A DNA stretch of 63,876 bases, the filler included, from an uncultured Rhodopirellula sp. (GTDB lineage: Bacteria; Planctomycetota; Planctomycetia; Pirellulales; Pirellulaceae), in assembly GCA_964007735.1 (NCBI GenBank). It is 3 parts of 3 records of this genome, joined end to end, with 100 filler letters (N's around TTAATTAATTAA, not from the genome) between each part and the next. Parts side by side here need not be neighbours in the genome. Positions count along the whole stretch, not along the records: positions 29,338 to 57,932 come from CAXGAI010000053.1; positions 58,033 to 63,876 come from CAXGAI010000105.1; 1 more part is not named here. The stretch is one strand, 5' to 3'. How positions within the stretch are numbered: the stretch's first letter is position 1; each line of letters begins with the position of its first letter. Positions 49,536-59,884 of this stretch are shown here, piece by piece. The notes beneath the pieces were generated by a model that worked only from the letters and a program-made list of their open reading frames with translations, was not told the origin of the DNA and did no database searches. A program made the position numbers and the translations under genes.

Positions 49536-50531
49536 CTAGACACTTTGAAGAGCTGGCTCGTCCGCACCAGTCTGCTGTTCGGCATAGAAATCTGCCATCG
49601 TTGCACCCTTAAATGACGCCGAGGCGCGTGCGAACAACTGCTCAAGGTCACCAAAGATCGCATCCTGACTGGCACTTTCCCCCCCTATCATCAGGTCCGA
49701 CGAATTTAGGACAACTTGTACATAGTTTTGTTCCGACGACTCTGACTCCTCCAATAACTGAAATAGCGTCAGCAGATTATTTCCATTAGGCCTCATCCAG
49801 GCCACACTGGGGAACAGCCTACGCGTCGCTCGGTGCACATAAGTCAAAGCCATACGTTGCAGCGAATACATCGATGCCGGAGCAAGTCGGTTTTTGTAGA
49901 TAGGCCGAATTGTCACAGGCACTTCCAACAGTGAGGAACCACCTGGCATACGATAGTCCTTGGCATCGACAAAGTACTCTTTGTATGGAAAGGTCTGATA
50001 ATTGCTACCACCTCGACCTCCCGGCACACCTGGCACTTTTCGCCAGGATACAAATGGAGTCACGGAGCAGTCGACTTTATATCCGCGTTCACGTAATAAT
50101 CGAACGTACTGATCATTCAATGCCCAGCGACCACTGCGATGCGTCACGATGTCACATTCGAGTTCATGTTCCAACTTGGAGGTCAGCATGTGCAGTTTCT
50201 CTCGCATTGCCTGTTTTTCCCAGTCGGTAATATACGGCTGGTGAAAGTTATCATCACCAGTCAGCAACCGAAACGGCGGACAGGTCCAGCCATGTAGGTG
50301 AGCCCCCATCTCTCCAGCGTTACGTTGAATAACATCACGTCCAAATTCCACAAACCGCGGGCAAGATACCATTTCGTAACTAACCAGATAAGTAGGTACG
50401 AATCCAAATTCCTCACATAATGTCTGCAGCCGCGGTAAACATCGTGTGCTCTCTGTCGTTAACGAGAACGGCCGCTGACCAAGATGATCAGCTTCAACAT
50501 TTACAGTAACTAGGAAACTGGGACGGGACAT
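49536..50531 (-). CDS. Polysaccharide deacetylase family (WalW-like) protein with degenerate catalytic motifs
   Basis: PTYLVSYE, GAHLHGWTCPP, HRSGRW, VDCSVTP and LLEVPVT motifs. Confidence 0.8.
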   Translation of the reverse strand: MSRPSFLVTVNVEADHLGQRPFSLTTESTRCLPRLQTLCEEFGFVPTYLVSYEMVSCPRFVEFGRDVIQRNAGEMGAHLHGWTCPPFRLLTGDDNFHQPYITDWEKQAMREKLHMLTSKLEHELECDIVTHRSGRWALNDQYVRLLRERGYKVDCSVTPFVSWRKVPGVPGGRGGSNYQTFPYKEYFVDAKDYRMPGGSSLLEVPVTIRPIYKNRLAPASMYSLQRMALTYVHRATRRLFPSVAWMRPNGNNLLTLFQLLEESESSEQNYVQVVLNSSDLMIGGESASQDAIFGDLEQLFARASASFKGATMADFYAEQQTGADEPALQSV

Positions 50532-50723
50532 TATTTAGCACGTTTTTTTAGAAAAGGGATCTAGTCAGCCATCCCTCGGCAACTACTCCCTGCTTACTCC
50601 CCGAACAAGAGAATGTATTAAGCAGAGAATGCCGGACGGCCAACTACCAAAAGTATAGGAATTCTTGTGCTTTTTGAAAGAGCGCAGCCTACCAACGAGG
50701 ATTTACAAGCGCCTACCTTGTTA

Positions 50724-51752
50724 TTAAACCGTCTCCGTGGATTCCGGCTTATCCAGTGGGAAATGCTCCTCAACCACCTGGTAAAATTCTTTTGCCGTTT
50801 CGACTTTAGCCGCATGGCGACGGAAAAACCTTGCACCAAATTTTCCTTGAGCATAACAGCAGGCATACTTGCGCATCAGCACCGTCCCACGTTGTTCACC
50901 AAATCGATCAATCACCAATTTATAGTGCTGAAGCATGATGTCTTTTTGTTGCCGCAAAGTTGGATCCGAAGGAACTTCTTCCCCCCGCAAAGCAGCGGCG
51001 CACTGAGCAAACAACCATGGCCTCCCAAGTGATGCTCTGGCAATCATCACGCCATCCACGTCATATTTCTCAAAAGCTTGCACAACACTTTCGGCAGAGT
51101 CCAGATCGCCATTACCAATCAATGGGATCTTTTTTAGATAAGGCTTGATTTCAGAAATACGATCCCAATCGGCATGACCGCGAAACATATCCTGAGCTGT
51201 TCGCCCATGCACCGTTAAGGCGGCCGCACCAGCCCCCTCTACAACCTGTGCAATGTCGATGAAATTCATTTGGTCACGGGTACAACCAAGTCGAATCTTA
51301 GCCGTTACTGGTGTCGGCGCACAAGCTTCAACGACGGTCTCAATGATTCGTCCCATACGATCAGGCTCTCGTAACAAGTAAGATCCACTATGAGCTCGTT
51401 CTGTCACCTGCTTAACAGGGCAACCAAAATTGATATCAACGATACTTACCTTGTAGTCTTCGACCAATCGTCGCCCAACTTTTGCCATCGCATCGGGCTG
51501 ATTGTCCCAGATCTGAACTTGCAAGGGCCGAAACTCATCCCGCACTCCCCACAATCGCTCCGGATGTTCCGCTTTGTTCTGATCCATCCATACAAAGCCA
51601 CGAGCGTGAACCATCTCGGTAGCCTGCAGACCAGCACCTCCAAATTCATGAACCATCTGCCGAAAGGCGAAGTTTGTAAATCCTGCCATTGGGGCCTGAA
51701 GGATCGGAGGGTCGATTAGAATATCACCGATATAGAATGGTTCCGGTGCCAT
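50724..51752 (-). CDS. dusB: tRNA-dihydrouridine synthase DusB
   Basis: APMAG, DINFGCP, KIRLG, VHGRT, GNGD and MIARASLGRPW motifs. Confidence 0.88.
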   Translation of the reverse strand: MAPEPFYIGDILIDPPILQAPMAGFTNFAFRQMVHEFGGAGLQATEMVHARGFVWMDQNKAEHPERLWGVRDEFRPLQVQIWDNQPDAMAKVGRRLVEDYKVSIVDINFGCPVKQVTERAHSGSYLLREPDRMGRIIETVVEACAPTPVTAKIRLGCTRDQMNFIDIAQVVEGAGAAALTVHGRTAQDMFRGHADWDRISEIKPYLKKIPLIGNGDLDSAESVVQAFEKYDVDGVMIARASLGRPWLFAQCAAALRGEEVPSDPTLRQQKDIMLQHYKLVIDRFGEQRGTVLMRKYACCYAQGKFGARFFRRHAAKVETAKEFYQVVEEHFPLDKPESTETV

Positions 51753-51854
51753 GATTCAAATATTGATCTAACCAAAGAAATGATACGGGGAGACAAACCA
51801 CTGGCCGACTTCCTTGCCGTCAGCCACACCTCTCGATTCTAGCAACAGCAAGCG

Positions 51855-52325
51855 TTACTGCCGAGAGACCCAATTATCTCCTCCATCCTCTTTAAGTATC
51901 GCTCCACCAGAAGCCGACGGAGGTGTCTCTAACTCGATGGGATTCTCGAGCGGTCGAAGCCCCGACTCCCGAAATGTATCATTTACCCGATTTTGTTCCG
52001 GACGACGTGCCGGAATTCTAATAACTTCGGTTTCTGAAGCACCCACCGGTTCTTCGTAAGAAATCTGTCGTCCTTCTGGATTACCGGCAATATTTTCGAT
52101 AGGCCCACGAGCTCTGGGAGACCAGGACTCACCAGTTTCATTCCGAGTATCTTGTCGGGGAGGATAAGAAGCATTGCTGCGTTCCTGATTGGAATAATAC
52201 TTACCGCCCGCCCCAATAGCACCGGTATGAGGTGCTGGAACACGTGTAACGGCCATATTGCTTTGACAACCTAAACAGAATGCCAAGAACGCTATGAGAA
52301 GAACCGTATTACTTGCGCGACGCAT
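51855..52325 (-). CDS. Putative lipoprotein, largely disordered
   Basis: MRRASNTVLLIAFLAFCLGC lipobox followed by low-complexity sequence. The ORF track starts at 52376. Confidence 0.6.
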   Translation of the reverse strand: MRRASNTVLLIAFLAFCLGCQSNMAVTRVPAPHTGAIGAGGKYYSNQERSNASYPPRQDTRNETGESWSPRARGPIENIAGNPEGRQISYEEPVGASETEVIRIPARRPEQNRVNDTFRESGLRPLENPIELETPPSASGGAILKEDGGDNWVSRQ

Positions 52326-52468
52326 ATCTAATCCAATCCGTAGTCGTATAATGAGGAGGAGCTTAGGAACTTGCATTACTGCATCTCCGTGGAATTGACG
52401 ATGCTACAAAGTGCCGAAGTCGTAATTTACCCATTTCACCAGTTTTCACCAATATCAATTTCTCAGTC

Positions 52469-53509
52469 GTGCTTCCCTCTCAAATAACCCGTAATCTCAA
52501 AGCCAAAGCCAACGAACTGGGCTTTCAGATCACGGGAGCATGCCCTGCCGTTGAGCCTACCGGGCTGCACCGTTTCTTCGACTGGCTGGACAATGGATAT
52601 GCGGGAACAATGCACTATCTTCCGGAACGTCGTAACGCATACTCCCATCCCAAGCACGTGCTGGAAAACACACGTTCACTACTTGTCCTAGGAATGCATT
52701 ACGGAACGGGAACTCCCCAAAATGTTCATTCTGGTGAAGGTAAAATTGCACGCTACGCATGGGGAACGACAGATTACCATGACCTGATTCATCAGCGTCT
52801 CAAACAGCTCAAGCAATTTCACCAGCAATTACTTCCTGAGCAGCAGTGCAGGGGAGTCGTGGATACGGCTCCGATTTTAGAAAAAGACTTTGCTCAAAAA
52901 GCTGGTATCGGCTGGATCGGCAAAAACACGCTCTTAATTAATCGAACCCAGGGAAGCTATTTCTTTCTGGCCGTCCTGTTAACAACGTCAGAACTTGAAT
53001 ACGACGCAGCCATTGAACGTGAACATTGCGGAGGATGTACTGCCTGTCTGGATGCCTGTCCAACTAACGCATTTCCCCGTCCATTTGTACTCGATGCACG
53101 ACGCTGCATTAGTTATTTAACGATCGAGCACAGGGACTGTATTGACGACGACTTAAAACCAGGGCTTCAAGACTGGTCATTTGGTTGCGACATTTGCCAG
53201 GACGTTTGTCCCTGGAACCACCGCGGTTCCCTTTCCGAGGAACCGGCGTTCGCAGCCATTGACCAACATAATCGACTCAACCTATCCACTCTTTTCGAAA
53301 TGGATGAAGAACAATTTCGGCAAACATTTCGCAAAACTCCAATGTGGAGAGCTAAACGCGACGGTTTGATACGAAACGCTGCCATCGTGTTAGGCAACCA
53401 GCGTTCCATTCAACATCTTAATCTCCTAAAACGAGCCGCTACTGATACTACGTCTACGATGGTTCGAGATGCCTGTATTTGGGCTATTGAGCAAATCGAA
53501 TCCAAGTAA
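52469..53509 (+). CDS. queG: tRNA epoxyqueuosine(34) reductase QueG
   Basis: IARYAWG, DYHD, VDTAPILEK, GWIGKN, CGGCTACLDACPT, CISYLTIE and GCDICQDVCPWN motifs. Confidence 0.96.
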   Translation: MLPSQITRNLKAKANELGFQITGACPAVEPTGLHRFFDWLDNGYAGTMHYLPERRNAYSHPKHVLENTRSLLVLGMHYGTGTPQNVHSGEGKIARYAWGTTDYHDLIHQRLKQLKQFHQQLLPEQQCRGVVDTAPILEKDFAQKAGIGWIGKNTLLINRTQGSYFFLAVLLTTSELEYDAAIEREHCGGCTACLDACPTNAFPRPFVLDARRCISYLTIEHRDCIDDDLKPGLQDWSFGCDICQDVCPWNHRGSLSEEPAFAAIDQHNRLNLSTLFEMDEEQFRQTFRKTPMWRAKRDGLIRNAAIVLGNQRSIQHLNLLKRAATDTTSTMVRDACIWAIEQIESK

Positions 53510-53536
53510 AATTGAACGTTCTAGGAGAATGACGCC

Positions 53537-54580
53537 GTGGTTCAGCTTCGACCGCTAAAATTCGACAATCTTGAGATCGGTTTCCCGGTCGTACAAGCTG
53601 CGCTGTCCGGATATAGTGACTGGCCCATGCGACTTCTGGCGAGACGAAACGGAGCATCTTACGGTGTTTGCGAAGTCATGCTCGATCAGTTTCTGGTAAA
53701 CATGAAGTCCAATCGGAAAAAGAATAAGCACTTTCTTCATATTAGCGATGAAGAACGACCTGTTGGCGGACAATTGATGGGAGCCGAGCCCGAACAGTTC
53801 TCCGCGGGTGCAGTCAAACTCGTGGAGGCTGGTTATGACGTGATAGACATTAACTTTGGGTGCCCGGTGAAGAAAGTTCTGGGGCGCTGTCGTGGCGGCT
53901 ATCATCTCAGTCAACCTGACGTCGCTCTAGATATTATCCAACGGACCCGACGTGTCGTACCCGCCCATATCCCGGTTACTATCAAAATGCGGCGTGGAAT
54001 CGATGATACGGAGGAAAGCCGCGACAAGTTCTTTCGTATTTTACAGGGCGCCTTTGATATCGGTTTAGCCGCTGCCACAGTGCATGGGAGAACCGTTGAC
54101 CAGCGTTATATTGGACCCAGCCGGTGGTCGTTCCTGACGGAACTTAAGCAACGCTTTCCAGATCGAGTCATTCTCGGAAGTGGAGATCTGTTTGAAGCAG
54201 CCGACTGCCTAAACATGATTCAAGAAACTGGCGTCGATGGAGTCACTGTCGCCCGGGGCAGCATCGGCAACCCATGGATTTTCTCTCAAACCCGTACCCT
54301 CGCCGACACGGGGGCATTACCACCGCCACCAACGGTCTTCGAACAACGAGCTCTTATCTCCGAACACTTCGATCTGGCGGAACAATTATACGGTGAAAAA
54401 CGATGCTCTATCGTAATGCGGAAATTCTGTATTAAATACTCGGCACTTCATCCGGAGTTCCATGAAGTACGCGAGGGCTTCAAGAAGATTATGTGCCGAG
54501 ATGACTGGGAAGCGATTCTCAACAAGTGGTACAGCGAAGACCGCCCCGGAAATTACCTCCCTCGTGACATTCACAAGTAA
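53537..54580 (+). CDS. Second tRNA-dihydrouridine synthase family protein
   Basis: AALSGYSD, DINFGCP, VHGRT, GSGD and ARGSIGNPW motifs; AGGAG before the GTG start. Confidence 0.88.
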   Translation: MVQLRPLKFDNLEIGFPVVQAALSGYSDWPMRLLARRNGASYGVCEVMLDQFLVNMKSNRKKNKHFLHISDEERPVGGQLMGAEPEQFSAGAVKLVEAGYDVIDINFGCPVKKVLGRCRGGYHLSQPDVALDIIQRTRRVVPAHIPVTIKMRRGIDDTEESRDKFFRILQGAFDIGLAAATVHGRTVDQRYIGPSRWSFLTELKQRFPDRVILGSGDLFEAADCLNMIQETGVDGVTVARGSIGNPWIFSQTRTLADTGALPPPPTVFEQRALISEHFDLAEQLYGEKRCSIVMRKFCIKYSALHPEFHEVREGFKKIMCRDDWEAILNKWYSEDRPGNYLPRDIHK

Positions 54581-54585
54581 ACTCT

Positions 54586-54616
54586 TCCACACTTTCTAAC
54601 GTATAGAAAGAGTGGA
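54586..54616 (+). terminator. Possible terminator hairpin
   Basis: TCCAC-A-CTTTCTA-ACGTA-TAGAAAG-A-GTGGA directly after the stop codon, but with a weak U tract. Confidence 0.4.
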
Positions 54617-54775
54617 TTATTGCAGCTTCGCTGTTCCTGTTATAAGGAATAGTTGGGATATTCTACGATCAACCGGTAACTGCACATGACGGCAGACAAT
54701 TCTTAACTTCGCCTCGTTTAATTCAGGGGTAGAATTACCCAAACAGTTCTTTTCATTAGTTAATCAGTGTGTTTT

Positions 54776-55834
54776 ATGTCATCTTCGGTATTAGTCACAG
54801 GCGGAGCGGGGTTCATTGGTAGCTCACTAGTGCGGGAACTAATCAAGTCTAGTGACGACCGAATCGTCATCCTCGACAAACTCACGTATGCAGGCAATCT
54901 GGACTCACTTCGAAATTGCCTCCCTGATTCACGAGTGTCCTTCGTGGAAGGTGATATTGCCAATAAACCACTCGTTGCCAAGCTATTACGCGAACAAGAA
55001 ATTCAACGAATCTTCAATTTAGCTGCCGAATCTCACGTTGACCGCTCCATCGATGGTCCAGCTGCATTTATTAAAACCAACGTTGTCGGTACATTCCAAT
55101 TACTAGAATCCGCTTTGGAATACTGGAAAGAACTTGGCGAACACGCTAAGCAGGCCTTTCGTTTTTTACAGATTTCGACCGATGAAGTTTACGGATCACT
55201 CGGCGCGACTGGGCTGTTTACTGAAAAGTCCCCATACCGTCCCAACTCACCGTATGCAGCTAGCAAAGCTGCCTCCGATCATTTCGTGCGTGCATTCCAT
55301 CACACCTATGGGTTTCCGGTTCTCATAACAAACTGTTCCAACAACTACGGTCCATTTCAGTTTCCTGAAAAGCTGATTCCACTGATGATTATGAAAGTCG
55401 TCAATCAGGATTCATTACCCGTTTACGGTGATGGTAGTAACGTACGTGATTGGCTCCACGTAGAGGACCATTGCTCAGCATTGGCTAAGATCATGGACTG
55501 CGGTATCGTCGGGGAAGTTTACAATATTGGTGGTAATAGCGAACGCAGTAATCTTGAAGTTGTATATGCAATTTGCGACATCATGGACAATCGACTTAAC
55601 CGAAGCGTTTCAAGCCGGGAATTCGTCACCTATGTTCCTGACCGTCCGGGACATGACCAGCGTTATGCAATTGACTGCTCTAAGCTCAATGATTCCCTCG
55701 GCTGGCAACCTCGACACAACTTTGAATCCGGAATTGAATCAACCGTAGATTGGTATCTAAGCAATACAGAGTGGCTGGCTCGCGTCATGGATGGAAGCTA
55801 CCGCGGGGAACGCTTAGGGCAGGGAGGGGAATAG
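54776..55834 (+). CDS. rfbB: dTDP-glucose 4,6-dehydratase
   Basis: [42 protein letters not shown] and DRPGHD motifs. Confidence 0.96.
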   Translation: MSSSVLVTGGAGFIGSSLVRELIKSSDDRIVILDKLTYAGNLDSLRNCLPDSRVSFVEGDIANKPLVAKLLREQEIQRIFNLAAESHVDRSIDGPAAFIKTNVVGTFQLLESALEYWKELGEHAKQAFRFLQISTDEVYGSLGATGLFTEKSPYRPNSPYAASKAASDHFVRAFHHTYGFPVLITNCSNNYGPFQFPEKLIPLMIMKVVNQDSLPVYGDGSNVRDWLHVEDHCSALAKIMDCGIVGEVYNIGGNSERSNLEVVYAICDIMDNRLNRSVSSREFVTYVPDRPGHDQRYAIDCSKLNDSLGWQPRHNFESGIESTVDWYLSNTEWLARVMDGSYRGERLGQGGE

Positions 55835-55835
55835 G

Positions 55836-56726
55836 ATGACAACGAAACATTGCACCAAAGGCATCATTTTGGCAGGAGGAACGGGCTCTCGCCTATACCC
55901 TCTTACCCACGTCGTTAGTAAACAACTACTGCCGATCTACGACAAGCCTATGGTCTATTACCCATTATCAACCTTGATGCTGGCGGGCATCCGCGAGTTG
56001 CTCGTCATCAGTTCTCCTAAAGACCTCATTCACTTCGAATCGCTCTTAGGGTCAGGGGAACAACTCGGCGTCAATATTAGCTATGCCATTCAGGACAAAC
56101 CGGAGGGCCTTGCCCAGTCCTTTATTGTTGGGCGTGAATTCATCGGTGACGATCACGTTGCCTTAGTCCTGGGGGACAACATTTTCTATGGTCAGGGATT
56201 TCGTGGCATGTTGGAACGAGCAGCATCGCAGGAACACGGTGCCACCGTATTTGGCTATCCGGTCAAAGATCCTGAACGTTATGGTGTGGTGGCATTTGAT
56301 GAAAATGACGTACCTGTCAAATTAGTCGAGAAACCAATCCATCCTCCGTCCAATTATGCCGTACCGGGACTCTACTTTTATGATAATCAGGTCGTCGAAA
56401 TCGCCGCGAATCTAGAACCCTCAGCCCGAGGGGAGTACGAAATCACCGATGTCAACAGAGAGTATCTTTCACGAGGTCAACTTCGTGTCGAAAAGTTCAC
56501 TCGTGGATTTGCCTGGCTTGACACCGGTACGCACGAGACACTCATCCAGGCAGGTGATTTTGTTCAAACCATCGAACAACGACAGGGGCTTAAAATAGCC
56601 TGTATTGAGGAAATCGCTTACCTTATGGAATACATCGATCTGCAACAACTCGATCGACTTGCTCAAAAGATCCCCAATCAGTATGGCCAGTATTTAAGAG
56701 ACCTCGTGACTCGTGAAAAGGCTTAG
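55836..56726 (+). CDS. rfbA: Glucose-1-phosphate thymidylyltransferase
   Basis: [40 protein letters not shown] and WLDTGT motifs. Confidence 0.97.
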   Translation: MTTKHCTKGIILAGGTGSRLYPLTHVVSKQLLPIYDKPMVYYPLSTLMLAGIRELLVISSPKDLIHFESLLGSGEQLGVNISYAIQDKPEGLAQSFIVGREFIGDDHVALVLGDNIFYGQGFRGMLERAASQEHGATVFGYPVKDPERYGVVAFDENDVPVKLVEKPIHPPSNYAVPGLYFYDNQVVEIAANLEPSARGEYEITDVNREYLSRGQLRVEKFTRGFAWLDTGTHETLIQAGDFVQTIEQRQGLKIACIEEIAYLMEYIDLQQLDRLAQKIPNQYGQYLRDLVTREKA

Positions 56727-57511
56727 AACCGATTTGCCGTGAAACCGCCATCCACGTAGTAATCAGCCCCTGTAATAAAACTTCCGGCATTTCGTGAGCA
56801 GAGCAGTAAAGCCGTCCCGATGAGTTCTTCAGGGTCGCCAAATCGATCCATAGGGGTCTGAGCCATAATTTTCTCGACGCGCTCTGGCGCTAAGATCTTG
56901 CGATTCTGTTCTGCTGGGAAGAATCCGGGACAGATGGCATTCACTCGCACACCCTGTGTGCCATATTCACGTGCGACATTTTTCGTAAGATTTACCACCG
57001 CTGCCTTTGAGGCTGAATAAGCAAATACTTTGGACAGGGGTAGATGAGATGTAACACTTCCGATATTCAAAATGGAACCACCGCCGTCCTGATTCTTCAT
57101 CTGAGCTGCAAATAGCTGACAACCAACCTGAGTGGAACGCAGATTTCCGGCCATGATCCAATCCCAGTCTTCATCTGTAATTTCTTCGTAAGGCACAGCC
57201 GCATTCATGCCCGCACAATTAACAAGCACATCCACTTTACCATGCTTCTCTACAACCTGATCACGCAGAGCGTGAATCGATTCACGCTCGAAGACATCCA
57301 CTGCAATGAACTCAGCAGAACCACCTGCATCCTGAATAGCCTGGACTCGTTCCAAACCACGTTCTTCGCTACGCCCAGAAACGACGACATGGCCTCCAGC
57401 TCTACCAAAACCATCACATAAGGCCCCACCAAGTACGCCAGTACCTCCGGTCACAACGACAATCTGACCTTGGTAGCTAAACAATTGAGTCAAGTAATCT
57501 GAAGCGGACAT
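56723..57511 (-). CDS. SDR oxidoreductase (gluconate 5-dehydrogenase/mannonate oxidoreductase-like)
   Basis: [17 protein letters not shown] and [10 protein letters not shown] motifs. Confidence 0.88.
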   Translation of the reverse strand: MSASDYLTQLFSYQGQIVVVTGGTGVLGGALCDGFGRAGGHVVVSGRSEERGLERVQAIQDAGGSAEFIAVDVFERESIHALRDQVVEKHGKVDVLVNCAGMNAAVPYEEITDEDWDWIMAGNLRSTQVGCQLFAAQMKNQDGGGSILNIGSVTSHLPLSKVFAYSASKAAVVNLTKNVAREYGTQGVRVNAICPGFFPAEQNRKILAPERVEKIMAQTPMDRFGDPEELIGTALLLCSRNAGSFITGADYYVDGGFTANRF

Positions 57512-57607
57512 AGAAACGGTCTTTCTTTATTGATTGTTTCGAAAACAAGGACGAAGCCGCTAAGCACTACAGCCCGTAAACCTTCTGCATCATAAACAGC
57601 AAAAGTT

Positions 57608-57932
57608 CTAATCCTGCGGTTCTTTACGTCGTTTGAGCCATTCCGCGTGAAATACGCCATCAACATCGGTACGCTTGAAGGTATGCGCTCCAAAATAATC
57701 GCGTTGAGCCTGCAGAAGGTTTGCCGGCAAACGACCACGACGATAGCTATCATAGTAAGCTAAAGCAGTACTAAACGCCGGCACAGGAATTCCAAGTTCC
57801 GTGGCCTGCACAATCACTCGACGCCAGGCTGCCTGCGCCTTGTGGACGGCATCGGTAAAATAGGGGTGCAAAAGAAGATTTTCCAAATCCGGGTTTTCGT
57901 CAAAAGCTTCTTTAATCCGATCCAGGAACTGA
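57608..57932 (-). CDS. gnd: 6-phosphogluconate dehydrogenase, decarboxylating; C-terminal fragment (5'-truncated by the gap)
   Basis: [21 protein letters not shown]...[17 protein letters not shown] is the GndA C-terminus. Confidence 0.93.
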
Positions 57933-58032
57933 NNNNNNNNNNNNNNNNNNNNNNNNNNNNNNNNNNNNNNNNNNNNTTAATTAATTAANNNNNNNNNNNN
58001 NNNNNNNNNNNNNNNNNNNNNNNNNNNNNNNN
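57933..58032. other. Artificial contig-joining linker (assembly gap)
   Basis: N44-TTAATTAATTAA-N44, identical to the linker at 29238. Confidence 0.97.
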
Positions 58033-58033
58033 G

Positions 58034-59617
58034 GGAGTAGTGATGGGGATTGGCTGGACAGGCCAATGGCAAGCATTGTTTCGCCGTGAGGATGATTCCG
58101 TTCAACTCCAGGCTGGCATGGAAGGTACCCACCTTAAGCTTTTCCCGGGGGAGGAGATACGGAGCCCCAAAATGATGTTGCTGTTTTGGCGTCATCATCG
58201 TCTTTACGGTCAGAATTTACTCCGTCGTTTGATTTTGGATCAGTACTATCCGCAAAGTAATGGAAGGCCGAGGACGATGCCCTTTCTTTGTAGTTCATCT
58301 GGATTATATAACGAGGCGTATCGGGCCACCGAAAAAAATCAAATCCAGTTTGCATCTCAATTTGCGAAACTTGGAGTTGAATACCTGTGGCTGGATGTCG
58401 GTTGGCATGATTCGAGGGATGGACATTCTCATTTGGGTCCGGTGGATCTCCAGCGATTCCCAAACGGACTGCGGGGTTTATCAGACGGTCTCAGCAAAAT
58501 GAAGATGGGACTGCTCACGTGGAACGCTCCGGAGTTCTTGGGTGGTAGTTCCTGGATTGAAAAAGAATTTCCCAAATTGTTCCTGCGTCCTGATGATCCA
58601 GACCTCGACCCTAAGAATCCGTTGTTCGACATCTTAAATTTTGGAGACCAGAACGCGTTGTCGTTGATCACTGATCACACGGCCACGATGATTGGCCAAG
58701 AGAAAATTGGAATCTATCGTATGGATGGGCCGATCGGTTCGAATCTTGATTATGCAGACAAGCAGCCTCTTCGATGGTGGCGGGATGCGGATGCACCTGA
58801 TCGACAGGGGATCACACAGATTCGTTATGTCGAAGGGCTTTACCACTTCTGGGATAGCATTCGCGAACGAAACCCTAACGTGATGATAGATCTATGCGGA
58901 GGGGGGGCGACGCGTATTGACTTGGAAGCGATGTCGCGTTGTCTTTATCTCTGGCGATCTGATAATAATCATCCCGGGTTTGAGCCGGAGGATTTTCAGG
59001 CGCAAACCTTTGGTATCAGTCAGTGGCTTCCGTCAACGGGGACGGCAAGCGGCTACCCTGATACCTATTCATTTCGGAGTTCCATCAATAATGGCGTTGC
59101 CCTGGCCTGGAATCCTTATCAACCGGAAGTTAAACAGAGTTGGGCATTGGCGTTTCCCGTATCCCAGGCCCCTCCCCACCAGTTGAAGGAGGTTGTGCGT
59201 ACAACCGTCGACGGAAAACAGCGGATCGGTTACACCGTGAGTGAGCCTTTTCCGTGGGAAAAAGCGAAACAATTGACAGATGAATTCCTCCGCATTCGGC
59301 ATTATTATCACGGCGATTTTTATCCGCTTACGCCCTATAGCACTGAGAAGAACGTTTGGTTGGCATTTCAATTTCATCGTCCGGACCTCAAATCCGGGAT
59401 CGTCATGGTGTTTCGCCGTTCGGAATCGGAAACGGAACGTCACAATTTGAAGCTGTGGGGCCTGAACGCCAATTCGGTTTATGAAGTCAAGTTTGAGGAT
59501 AGTGGAGAAAAACTCATGCAAACCGGAGCGCAACTCCGGAGTTCGCTTGAAATCCTGATACCGGAGCGTCGGAGTTCCCGTCTGATCACCTATCAGGAAG
59601 TTTTGTCTCCCGATTGA
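58034..59617 (+). CDS. Glycoside hydrolase family 36 (alpha-galactosidase-like); 5'-truncated
   Basis: GIGWTGQW, WLDVGW, RFPNGL, WNAPE, YRMD (nucleophile), CGGGATRID and WRSD (acid/base) motifs; the frame is open from the contig edge. Confidence 0.82.
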   Translation, partial: GVVMGIGWTGQWQALFRREDDSVQLQAGMEGTHLKLFPGEEIRSPKMMLLFWRHHRLYGQNLLRRLILDQYYPQSNGRPRTMPFLCSSSGLYNEAYRATEKNQIQFASQFAKLGVEYLWLDVGWHDSRDGHSHLGPVDLQRFPNGLRGLSDGLSKMKMGLLTWNAPEFLGGSSWIEKEFPKLFLRPDDPDLDPKNPLFDILNFGDQNALSLITDHTATMIGQEKIGIYRMDGPIGSNLDYADKQPLRWWRDADAPDRQGITQIRYVEGLYHFWDSIRERNPNVMIDLCGGGATRIDLEAMSRCLYLWRSDNNHPGFEPEDFQAQTFGISQWLPSTGTASGYPDTYSFRSSINNGVALAWNPYQPEVKQSWALAFPVSQAPPHQLKEVVRTTVDGKQRIGYTVSEPFPWEKAKQLTDEFLRIRHYYHGDFYPLTPYSTEKNVWLAFQFHRPDLKSGIVMVFRRSESETERHNLKLWGLNANSVYEVKFEDSGEKLMQTGAQLRSSLEILIPERRSSRLITYQEVLSPD

Positions 59618-59884
59618 CTCTTTTTAGGGGAAACGGTCGCGATTGTCGTTTCGCAGATGTGTCGGGAAAAGTGGTCCAACATTTACTCGTCCGGGCCCAG
59701 GCCTGCTGATTTAACATGGTTTGTAAAAGGGCGGTGTCAAAAGGAATGCGGCCCGGTCGGGTGGTGGGAGTATGAAATTGCGACGGCCCGAAAAATGGAA
59801 AAATATTGACGGACCAACCCTGTTCCTACGACAATTCAAAGATCGTACGATGCTTCAAAACTTAGATACTGCCGGGAGAGATAA

